Below, in pieces: positions 18,188 through 26,018 of a stretch of 32,000 bases of DNA. The stretch lies in NCBI RefSeq assembly GCF_011752995.1, contig NZ_VWWL01000025.1, forward strand, positions 28,523-60,522, read 5' to 3'. The notes below the pieces were generated by a model that saw nothing but the letters and a program-made list of their open reading frames with translations, did no database searches and was not told the DNA's origin. Within the stretch, counting starts at the first letter, position 1; every line of letters begins with the position of its first letter. The position numbers and the translations under genes were made by a program. Origin of the DNA: Burkholderia sp. Ax-1724. Its GTDB lineage: Bacteria > Pseudomonadota > Gammaproteobacteria > Burkholderiales > Burkholderiaceae.

Positions 18188-18691
18188 TTATTCCTTGGGG
18201 ATGTGGACGTTGTCGTAGTCCACGTTGTCGGCGTCGCCTATGCCGACTTCTTTGGTGATGTAGTCAATCCAGCCTTCCGGCGTCAGAGATTGAATGTCGA
18301 TCTGAAAATTGCCGAAGTCTGTTTTAAGCCATGCGGTACGGATTGCACTGTCGATCAGTGCTTCGTCGGCACCTACGCGGAAATTTCCGATCATGCAGTG
18401 ATAGTGCAGTTGCTTATTCGTTGCAAGACCTTCCAGAACAGGGATCACATGAACACTTGCACCGAATCGCTTGGCCGCGTTGCCGTACACGATGGAGTTC
18501 AGGCATTGAATAAATTGCCGGAAATTCTCTTTCGCCTCGATTTCCGTCAGATACCTTTGCATGAGCCCCTTGGGACCCATATATTCGCAACGAGACTTCA
18601 TCGTAAGCGTGACCGCATGAGTGAAATTAGATGCATGCTTACACATCCAATCCTGCGTCTCTTGCCTTAGTTTTTCGTTTTTGTTTGTCAT
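18188..18691 (-). CDS. HUH-motif Rep-like protein (inovirus Gp2 / YfjJ-like, 167 aa)
   Basis: Three rolling-circle Rep motifs in order: FTHAVTLTM (I), LHYHCMIG (HUH, II) and IDYITKEVG (Y-x-x-K, III). Confidence 0.6.
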   Translation of the reverse strand: MTNKNEKLRQETQDWMCKHASNFTHAVTLTMKSRCEYMGPKGLMQRYLTEIEAKENFRQFIQCLNSIVYGNAAKRFGASVHVIPVLEGLATNKQLHYHCMIGNFRVGADEALIDSAIRTAWLKTDFGNFQIDIQSLTPEGWIDYITKEVGIGDADNVDYDNVHIPKE

Positions 18692-18804
18692 AGCTGTATT
18701 TATTTCAGCCAGGACAAAACAGCCTATATAACGTCGAAATTATGTTGATTTCACCAGTGGCCGAATACATCCTCCTCTGTATCGAAACGACATATGAGGC
18801 ATAC

Positions 18805-19251
18805 ATGAGCGCAATTGCAAATCTGAAGATCGTCGCCGCGAAACGGCCCGGTGCACTGCCGCAGATCGTACAGCGTCGTAACCGACTGATCGCGCAAATT
18901 TGGGAACAGACGGAACTTGCCAAGGCTCAACAGGCAGGAACGTCGTTTGCACCGACGAAGTTTCGTTCGGTGAAGAATGCCGAAACCGGCGAACGCCGTA
19001 ACGTGGAGGTGCCGAAGCGCGTGCGTGCATGGTGGTGGACTGCGGAGAACGGCCGTGTCCACATGGTCGTGAAATACGGAGCAAAGACGCTGGAGCTTGC
19101 GAAGGGCAAGCAGGCTATCGAAGTCGGTACGCTGGACGAATTGATTCCGACGCTCGACACACTCAAGACGGCGGTTACCGCCGGCGAACTCGATACGCAG
19201 ATCGAAGCTGTCAGTGGTCAAATGCGAACGGGGTTTATCAGCAAGAAGTGA
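18805..19251 (+). CDS. Hypothetical protein (148 aa); its 3' end is duplicated at 23803-23982
   Basis: ATG at 18805, 5 nt after GAGG (the track start at 18742 is less likely). The C-terminal ~60 codons have a diverged copy 4.5 kb downstream. Confidence 0.6.
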   Translation: MSAIANLKIVAAKRPGALPQIVQRRNRLIAQIWEQTELAKAQQAGTSFAPTKFRSVKNAETGERRNVEVPKRVRAWWWTAENGRVHMVVKYGAKTLELAKGKQAIEVGTLDELIPTLDTLKTAVTAGELDTQIEAVSGQMRTGFISKK

Positions 19252-19259
19252 AGTACAGT

Positions 19260-19282
19260 GGAAGTCCGAGTATCGGACTTCC
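19260..19282 (+). repeat. Hairpin GGAAGTCCGA-GTA-TCGGACTTCC (copy 2)
   Basis: Perfect 10-bp stem 9 nt after the stop at 19251. Confidence 0.6.
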
Positions 19283-19318
19283 CACCGCACCGCGGTCGGC
19301 CTTGCCCATGCGGCCCGC

Positions 19319-20035
19319 TTAACTCATTCCGATTTGCTTGGTGATGATCGCAGCGATCACGTTCCAGGCAACCTGCTTGACGCCATCCACTGCCGTCCCG
19401 AAGAAGCGCTGAAATAACGGCTTGACTGTCACCAAGTCCCCAGTATTCGCGCGGCTGACCATTTCTGTGATGTCGGATCGTGCCGCCTCATCCACCGGCT
19501 GCCCTGAGCGCTTGAGCAGATCAAGCAGATGATTGACGACTGCATCATCGTTCGAAACATCCACGCTTAGATGCTGATTCACATCATTTCCGATTCCGAT
19601 CTGAGACTGGTTAAACGTTCCACCGGAAATATGGACGCTGGTTTGACTTGGTCCGCTGTCGCGTGAACTAGGGGCAGGCTTTGCTCGCCGGTATCCCTGT
19701 TCAGTCAGATAGACATACTCCCGCACCGAGTAGCCGCCGATAAAGACGACCGACGAATACGGGTCGTTTTCGTATGCTTTCCACGGGCCAGTTCCAACGT
19801 ACTTTCGCTCCTCCAATTGTTTTAGCGCCAGATCAAAATCGACTTTTGCGAAGCCTCCAGAAGCAAGAATCTCCTGCTCAATTGTCGAGATAAGCGGCCC
19901 AGCGTATCCCTTGTCCAGTTCGTGCGAGCCCAGCATCTGCTGGGTAAAGTCCTTGAGCAAACTCGCTAAGACTGCCTCCGCGGCAATATCTAGTACGTCC
20001 GACACAACAAACCTCTCTCCGCCAATGCTGGGCAC
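19319..20035 (-). CDS. Hypothetical protein (238 aa), third gene of the nuclease/HEPN operon
   Basis: 14-nt gap to the upstream HEPN gene. No confident motif. Confidence 0.6.
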   Translation of the reverse strand: MPSIGGERFVVSDVLDIAAEAVLASLLKDFTQQMLGSHELDKGYAGPLISTIEQEILASGGFAKVDFDLALKQLEERKYVGTGPWKAYENDPYSSVVFIGGYSVREYVYLTEQGYRRAKPAPSSRDSGPSQTSVHISGGTFNQSQIGIGNDVNQHLSVDVSNDDAVVNHLLDLLKRSGQPVDEAARSDITEMVSRANTGDLVTVKPLFQRFFGTAVDGVKQVAWNVIAAIITKQIGMS

Positions 20036-20049
20036 TAGCCCAACGGTGA

Positions 20050-20673
20050 TTAATCAACAAGCTTCCTAACATGGCCCATCACTTTCGCCGCGAGTTGGAA
20101 CAGATCATGCCCTGAAATTTGATTTTTCTCGGATAGCTCGAAGATCTTCTCGTGCTTGTCGATCCCTTTTCGTCCAGGATCTGGATAACGTCCTGCCCAA
20201 TACACAAAGTGAGTTAGCAATTCAAGAATCGCCATATCCTTCTCGTCGAGGCCATCTATAAATTCAGCAAGCTTTTGAAGGTCATGATGCTGGTACTTAT
20301 TTTCTGTCTCAGAATACGCGCCGACGCCCCCGCCCAAGATAACCATAGCCTTTAAGCACACTTCTAGGCTATATCCCACCAACATCAGTGCAACTGCGCA
20401 ATATTGCGTATCGCAGATCCCCCGTATCTCTACCGGCATATTCCCGAATGCAGGCTCATTACTTATGAGCACAATGGCAGCTTGCGTCATCGCTTCCGCC
20501 TGCGCCATCCACAGAATAGGACTTTTCAGATCGTCACTGGTAGGCGGTTGAGCAGGATCAACCGCGGCCCCATTTGCCGCCGCAAGCATTGCCCAACGTA
20601 GCCAAGCAGAACGACTATAGCCTCCCGGGTCTTGTGCAAAAGAGGCTCTATCGGGCAACATCGGATTAAACAC
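20050..20673 (-). CDS. HEPN-domain-like protein (207 aa)
   Basis: GYSLEVCLKAMVI...HHDLQKLAEFI...WAGRYPDPGRKGIDKH, which contains an R-x5-H motif. Confidence 0.5.
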   Translation of the reverse strand: MFNPMLPDRASFAQDPGGYSRSAWLRWAMLAAANGAAVDPAQPPTSDDLKSPILWMAQAEAMTQAAIVLISNEPAFGNMPVEIRGICDTQYCAVALMLVGYSLEVCLKAMVILGGGVGAYSETENKYQHHDLQKLAEFIDGLDEKDMAILELLTHFVYWAGRYPDPGRKGIDKHEKIFELSEKNQISGHDLFQLAAKVMGHVRKLVD

Positions 20674-20687
20674 TATGAAGTCTCCGG

Positions 20688-21647
20688 CTATGAAAGGATT
20701 TCAAGAAAGGGGTTCTTATCAACAATGGCCGCCTGCGACTTACTCTTAAGAAATGCGATCAAATCATCGCGCCGCTGCAATAGCATAACGATCTCATGCA
20801 GTGAACAGAGCAGCATTGTCTTTTGAGTTAGCGCTGAGGTGCATTCTTTGATCACAGGTTCGGTGAAGCCTGCGGAAGAAATGAAAATGCCACGGGCGTT
20901 CGCGCGGAGGAACAAGCGACTGAGGTGGGGAAAGAACTCGCTTGTGCCGACTGGCAATTTGAGCCACTTCATCTCAACAAGGTGCATTGCACCGTCGAGT
21001 TCGATCACGCCATCTATCTGTTCAAGCACTACCGACGTGTCCGGATCTTTTCGGCGAAAGTCTTCTCGCACGAGAATTCCGTACACCCTGAACAGGTCGT
21101 TGAGAACACCTTCAAGCAGCTTACCGCGTTCATGCGGCCTGTCGTCCATGCCGAACAGGGCCGCAAGTCGCGCGTTTACGTCGTCAATCTGCAAGCGCTT
21201 CTTCGCAGCTGCTACCTGCTCTGCGTGCAGACGAACCCGCGTGGCTTCGCGCTCCTCATCTCGTTCCTGCTTCATCCGCGTGAACGAGTCCTTCGCGTTT
21301 ACGGCCTCTCGCACGCTCGCGACGAGTCCTTTCGCCTTTAGCTGATCTTCCGGCCAACAGGTCTCGAAACGCTCAAACTCCACCACTCGCTTGATAATCT
21401 CGCGTCGTGGGCGCAAGCCGCTGTCGCCCCGTGCATTGACCTTTTCGAGAACCCTACGAACAATTTCGAATTTGTTAATGGATTTCGGTGCCGTTGCGAC
21501 CGTTTGCTCGACCATAGCGAGGTCTTCGTTGGCAACACCCGCCCCACGCAGGAATAGCACGACGCCCTTCTTGCCTCGACTGAGGCGAGGAATAGTCTCC
21601 ACAAGTAGATCAAATAGTTCGGGTGGATAGTGAAATGCGTCGGCCAT
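20688..21647 (-). CDS. Protein with a C-terminal Mrr-cat-like PD-(D/E)xK nuclease domain (319 aa)
   Basis: ERGKLLEGVLNDLFRVYGI...QIDGVIELDGAMHLVEMKW (D...E-x-K). The N-terminal half is uncharacterised and includes a charged coiled-coil stretch. Confidence 0.6.
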   Translation of the reverse strand: MADAFHYPPELFDLLVETIPRLSRGKKGVVLFLRGAGVANEDLAMVEQTVATAPKSINKFEIVRRVLEKVNARGDSGLRPRREIIKRVVEFERFETCWPEDQLKAKGLVASVREAVNAKDSFTRMKQERDEEREATRVRLHAEQVAAAKKRLQIDDVNARLAALFGMDDRPHERGKLLEGVLNDLFRVYGILVREDFRRKDPDTSVVLEQIDGVIELDGAMHLVEMKWLKLPVGTSEFFPHLSRLFLRANARGIFISSAGFTEPVIKECTSALTQKTMLLCSLHEIVMLLQRRDDLIAFLKSKSQAAIVDKNPFLEILS

Positions 21648-21840
21648 TGGATTACCTTCAATTCGAATGCACGCTAACGACTAGAGCCGCGACAGTTACA
21701 GCCTTATCACTAGACCATCGCCGCCTTTGCGTTCAAGAGGTGCAGCGCGAAGCTGCACCTTGACTCGCCTCAGTCTCGATCAGCCGGACGATGGATTCGC
21801 CACGCAGCCCCATAGGAATCAACCTTAGGCTACGGCACGT

Positions 21841-22947
21841 TTATATCAATCGGAGTTTAGGCGGGTGTCTTGAAAGCGCTTGAGGGGGGGCCTCGCCTGA
21901 GACCACCGACAGACGCGTCAGTTTGAACGTCAGAGCATTGATCTCGTCCACGCTAATGCACAGATTTCTCGCGATTTCACCTCGACCCAACTTGTGGCTC
22001 TGCAGAAAATCCAACACCTTGGTCAGCAATTGGGAGCTTTCACGCTCCATTGGTTCTGGTTCGTTTGTGCGGTAGCCGTTTTTAGCAATTTCAATGCACA
22101 GATTACGGTAGGTCCACTCAGTGACTTGACCCAATGTGTTGTAACGGTACGCCAGCGCTGCCAGTGATACGCCCCAGTAGTGCTTGAGCTTCACCAAATA
22201 TTTGATGGTAAATGCCGGTGGCTTGTTTGCAACTACACTTTCTTTGGGCATAAGAAAGGCAGCAGCAAATGCATCTGCCTGACGTTCCATCTCCGGGCCA
22301 TGTGCCTCACCGTGCCGCATGCTGTAGACATCGCGTACCAAGTGACCTAATTCATGAGCTGCATCGAAGCGACTGCGCTCGGCGGATTTCATCGTATTAA
22401 GAAAAACGAAAGGCTTACTGTCGTACCACGTACAAAATGCATCAACCTCGCGTGCCTCTTCAGCCAACGAAAAGACGCGAACACCTTTTGACTCCAGCAG
22501 GTGAATCATGTTCGGAATGGGTGCGTTGCCCAAACCCCACATACGGCGCAAGGTGGCAGCGGCTTCTTCCGCCCCGAGGTCGCTGAGGTCTGGGAGATCG
22601 GCTTGTGGCAGGTTAAACCTATCTTCCATCCATTCGTTAATTTTGAAGGCGATAGCACCTGCGCCGAGGGCACAATTTTTCATCGCCTCCGTCATCTTGG
22701 AGAGCGAGCGGAAACTAGCCGCATGCTCTCCAATGGTAGGCATCTTTTCTTCAATGAAAAAAAACTGCTGAGGGAAATTCAGCAGTTTTGCCATTTTTGC
22801 CAGCGTTTCCGAGTCAGGAGCTGAAGTCCCAGTCTCGTAGTTTTGAATGCTACGGCTGGTGACCCCCAGCTCTTTGGCCAATTGAGCTTTTGTGAGCCGC
22901 CTTCTAACCCGGGCAAACGTGATTTGCGAAGGGTTGATTTCTGACAT
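21841..22947 (-). CDS. XRE HTH + ImmA/IrrE (M78, COG2856) zinc-metallopeptidase fusion; RmrA-like antitoxin/regulator
   Basis: N-terminal LTKAQLAKELGVTSRSIQNYETG helix-turn-helix. HELGHLV (HEXXH) and ERQADAFAAAFLMP motifs. Confidence 0.8.
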   Translation of the reverse strand: MSEINPSQITFARVRRRLTKAQLAKELGVTSRSIQNYETGTSAPDSETLAKMAKLLNFPQQFFFIEEKMPTIGEHAASFRSLSKMTEAMKNCALGAGAIAFKINEWMEDRFNLPQADLPDLSDLGAEEAAATLRRMWGLGNAPIPNMIHLLESKGVRVFSLAEEAREVDAFCTWYDSKPFVFLNTMKSAERSRFDAAHELGHLVRDVYSMRHGEAHGPEMERQADAFAAAFLMPKESVVANKPPAFTIKYLVKLKHYWGVSLAALAYRYNTLGQVTEWTYRNLCIEIAKNGYRTNEPEPMERESSQLLTKVLDFLQSHKLGRGEIARNLCISVDEINALTFKLTRLSVVSGEAPPQALSRHPPKLRLI

Positions 22948-22956
22948 GATCGTTAA

Positions 22957-23661
22957 TCAAAAAGTGCCTGTCTTAGGCTCGACTTCCACCGTAGCCGGGG
23001 CATTGGGGGTGTCCTTGCGAATCGTGAACTCTGTGGGGTTGTTCGGAATGCTGCCCAGAATCAAGCGCTCCCCCCACTTAGTGATTTTTTTCTTCCCGAA
23101 CCCCGTCGGGTAGGAGAGCTCGAACCGCACTTCATTTAATGCTTTGTCATAGTGGTAGAGGAAAGCCCAGACCTGTGTTTCCTTGCATTTTTCTTTAATC
23201 AGCTTGAGCGCGTCTTGATTAAACAGTTCGAGCTGGCGATTGGAGTGAACGAAACCCTCAACTACCACACCTTTTTCCGCCTGATTAGCCGGATCTTCGA
23301 AGCCCTGCTTGCCCGTCTCGCTGTTACCGGTCATCACCACAATGGAAATGGAGTGATCTGGCGAACTGATGAACGGGCAATTCTTTTCGTTGTGAATGCG
23401 CCACTGCTTATCGCTCAGCTGGGTACGCAGATCCTCCACCGTCTTCAACCATTGCTGCACCCCCGCCGCGGTAACAGCAGAAGCACGCGTAGTGTCGTTA
23501 CGGGCGCCAAGGCCACTCTGGATGACGTTGGTAAAAAGGCTGACGGCTAAGTCCGATGAAAGCTCTTGCAGCCGCGCATCGACAAGCGACGGCTCAACGA
23601 TAGTCTTGGCACGCGGGGCGAAGGCGTCGGAATAGGACAGCTTGAACTTGGGTTTAGCCAC
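22957..23661 (-). CDS. Hypothetical protein (234 aa); candidate toxin/effector partner of the HTH-ImmA gene (RmrT-like position)
   Basis: GTG start 5 nt after AGGAG. 9-nt gap to the downstream HTH-ImmA gene. No motif recognised. Confidence 0.6.
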   Translation of the reverse strand: MAKPKFKLSYSDAFAPRAKTIVEPSLVDARLQELSSDLAVSLFTNVIQSGLGARNDTTRASAVTAAGVQQWLKTVEDLRTQLSDKQWRIHNEKNCPFISSPDHSISIVVMTGNSETGKQGFEDPANQAEKGVVVEGFVHSNRQLELFNQDALKLIKEKCKETQVWAFLYHYDKALNEVRFELSYPTGFGKKKITKWGERLILGSIPNNPTEFTIRKDTPNAPATVEVEPKTGTF

Positions 23662-23802
23662 GGTGACTCCTGTTCGATTTCCGGAAATTGTACCTCAAGT
23701 CGAGGTTTGAAAAGCGGAAATTTAGTGCCTAGGATCCAGCAACCGCGTGGCGATCTCGTCGTGGGTCTGATCACACCCTGTCGGTCATGCGAAGGCCGCA
23801 CA

Positions 23803-23982
23803 CAGATACGGTGCGACGGCATTGGAAGCTGCGAAGGGCAAGCAGGCGATTGAAGTCGGTATGCTCGCGAACCTGATTCCGACGCTCGACACGCTCAAGA
23901 CAGCGATCGTCGCCGGCGAACTCGATGCTCAGATCGAGGCCGCCGGTGGTCAGATACGGAGTGGGTTTGTCAGCAAGAAGTG
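23803..23982 (+). pseudogene. 3' fragment of a paralog of the 18805-19251 gene
   Basis: About 80% identity by eye to 19072-19251, including the same ...SKK* end. It has no 5' part and is followed by the same type of hairpin. Confidence 0.7.
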
Positions 23983-23988
23983 ATGTAT

Positions 23989-24013
23989 GGTCAGGTCCGA
24001 ACTTCGGACCTGA
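23989..24013 (+). repeat. Hairpin GTCAGGTCCGA-ACT-TCGGACCTGAC (copy 3, variant)
   Basis: Perfect 11-bp stem 7 nt after the pseudogene stop. Confidence 0.6.
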
Positions 24014-24130
24014 CGACCAACGGCAAGACGCTACGTAACAATAGTGCTACTCGTCGGCATGAAGCCGTGCATAGACGGCACCTGCCGGCGTCATGAACCA
24101 ACGTGTGCTCCACGATGTGACGGCGCTTCT

Positions 24131-24952
24131 CTAGCAATCTTCTGAACTCAGACCGACGCCACGTACAAACTTAATCCGCTTCCGTAGAACATGTGGCGCA
24201 TGCGTTTGAAGTGCTTTTTCGACAAACTCTCGTGCCTCTGAACTGATTTTGGATCCGAAAATTACTTCTTTGATTGCCTCCGGTGGTACCGCGAACAGAT
24301 GAATTTTTTTCCCTTCCGGTAAGTCTTTAATCTCCGTGGCTTGTGGAAGGTATTTGATAATTCGCCATTCTTTTTCACTCTCCCAAATCGGCGTCTTTGT
24401 GAAGAATATCTCTTTTGGAATATCCAATCGCCCTGGCTCGACATAGACAACCGGAGACGTCGACGTATACAGAACGTTCATCAGCTGTCCGCAAACTTTT
24501 GGTTCGTCGGGCTTGGGCTGGAAGAATTCATTGTGGGAATCGAGACCGATGACTAACCCCTCGTAATCAGCCGCGTAGTGCGCCCACATTGAAGCATTGT
24601 GTGGATCCTCAGTTAAAGACAAAACACCAACGTTTTTATTGGTAGTTCGCATGAATGCTTCGTAAATCTCTTCCACCTTGGAAACCGGATCAAACTGCTG
24701 CTCCAATTGATCGGCGGCTCCCCGGATTCGTTGCCAAGCTTGATCCGGCGAAATATCTGGATGAAGCAACAACATCTGAAAGTAAGCCCTCTCAATGTTC
24801 CGATCAGTGACGGCTTTCGCATAGGCAATAGGGTCGCGCAGTCGAATATCGGGAACTAGCTCCTGCGGATCGTTCAAGTCCTCGGCCGGGGTGAATCGAA
24901 ACATAAAGTTCGAAAAAAACCTTGGCTCTGCCACATATTTATAGATCAACAT
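24131..24952 (-). CDS. DUF2971-family protein (273 aa)
   Basis: N-terminal LIYKYV...FRFTPAEDLNDPQE pattern typical of DUF2971 (recognised from memory). Confidence 0.65.
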   Translation of the reverse strand: MLIYKYVAEPRFFSNFMFRFTPAEDLNDPQELVPDIRLRDPIAYAKAVTDRNIERAYFQMLLLHPDISPDQAWQRIRGAADQLEQQFDPVSKVEEIYEAFMRTTNKNVGVLSLTEDPHNASMWAHYAADYEGLVIGLDSHNEFFQPKPDEPKVCGQLMNVLYTSTSPVVYVEPGRLDIPKEIFFTKTPIWESEKEWRIIKYLPQATEIKDLPEGKKIHLFAVPPEAIKEVIFGSKISSEAREFVEKALQTHAPHVLRKRIKFVRGVGLSSEDC

Positions 24953-24976
24953 TTATCAGATTTCCTCACGGGATTC

Positions 24977-25558
24977 TTATCGAGCCCTATTGGCTGAAGT
25001 ACGGACCATCCACTGGAGTTCAAGCGTTCGAACTAAAGCAACGAAGCGTTCAGCTTCTTCCGGAGTAGGGCGCTCCTTCGAATGTGCCGCTCGGTTTCGT
25101 ATCGAACGGAGTTCTCGCAAAAGCTCAACTTCGTTTTCGGGGATACGCCTTTCTTGTTCAAGTACGTCCAATACTCCTTGATGCTTCGATACATACATCA
25201 ACATCCTGTCACTGTTCGTCGCATCGGAGGCTTGATACAAATCACCACCAACCGCTTCGAGTCCTTTCCATGCCTCCATGATCACGCCAGTAGGATTAGC
25301 ATTTAAAGCTAGAACGTCGTCGTTAGCCGCTGCGGAAAGAACCTGTAGTTCCGCTGGCGTTTCGATTGTCTTGGCGACCTGCTCAGCAGTATCTAGAGAC
25401 TTCTCGAATTTTCCGGATATACCACCAGGAAGACTGATTTCAGTCAACTTGCCCAGCAGCTCCCCAAATCGCTCACTGAAGCGGAACACCAGAACTATTA
25501 CTGTTATTGGCCACGCCGCAGCCTCAATCACTTTAGATGTAAATGTAAGCCAGTCCAA
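24977..25558 (-). CDS. Membrane-anchored HEPN-like protein (R-x4-H)
   Basis: N-terminal hydrophobic helix WLTFTSKVIEAAAWPITVIVLVF. C-terminal LRELRSIRNRAAHS motif. The TTG at 25558 follows GGGGGAG; the ORF stays open up to 25840, so the start is uncertain. Confidence 0.55.
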   Translation of the reverse strand: MDWLTFTSKVIEAAAWPITVIVLVFRFSERFGELLGKLTEISLPGGISGKFEKSLDTAEQVAKTIETPAELQVLSAAANDDVLALNANPTGVIMEAWKGLEAVGGDLYQASDATNSDRMLMYVSKHQGVLDVLEQERRIPENEVELLRELRSIRNRAAHSKERPTPEEAERFVALVRTLELQWMVRTSANRAR

Positions 25559-25690
25559 AGCACTCCCCCGATTTCGAAGTCTGTTTGGCACGGATGCTAT
25601 CACGCAACAACACAACCGACGGACAACCGTGGATTCGATCTCGGTCGCTCCGGTTGCATAAATACTTGCGATAGCGATTAAGACGACGCC

Positions 25691-25876
25691 ATGAGATACC
25701 ACGAAATCCTGACCTACGCCGGTCTGCACGAAGTAGCAGACCTTGAACAACAGCGCATCAAAGCGCAGCAGCAAGCCGCCAAGCGTCAGACCGCCGCAGC
25801 GAAGCGTGCCGACTTGACGCACCGAATCCAGAAGCTGCAAAAGCAGCTATCCGACCTCAACGCAAAACCGATCTGA
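25691..25876 (+). CDS. Possible small coiled-coil protein (61 aa)
   Basis: High-GC ORF with charged heptad-like sequence and a small hairpin downstream. Weak SD. Confidence 0.3.
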   Translation: MRYHEILTYAGLHEVADLEQQRIKAQQQAAKRQTAAAKRADLTHRIQKLQKQLSDLNAKPI

Positions 25877-25920
25877 CCGGCTTCCGGTAAATTGTCGGTC
25901 GAACCGACGTTTTAGAAGAA

Positions 25921-25956
25921 CGAAGCCCTGTTCGCACGTAATCGAACAGGGCTTCG
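25921..25956 (-). terminator. Strong hairpin downstream of the integrase gene
   Basis: Perfect 14-bp stem CGAAGCCCTGTTCG/CGAACAGGGCTTCG with an 8-nt loop. TTCTTCT follows on the minus strand. Confidence 0.6.
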
Positions 25957-26018
25957 TCGTCAAAGAACTGCGTTTTTCGAGATTTCTCTTGTGTACGGTA
26001 TACACAAGTTATCAGGGC

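Noticed and set aside
21884-21890. G7 homopolymer (C7 on the coding strand) as a phase-variation tract in the HTH-ImmA gene.
   Set aside because: It lies about 17 codons from the stop, so slippage would only alter the extreme C-terminus. The tract is also short for efficient slipped-strand switching.
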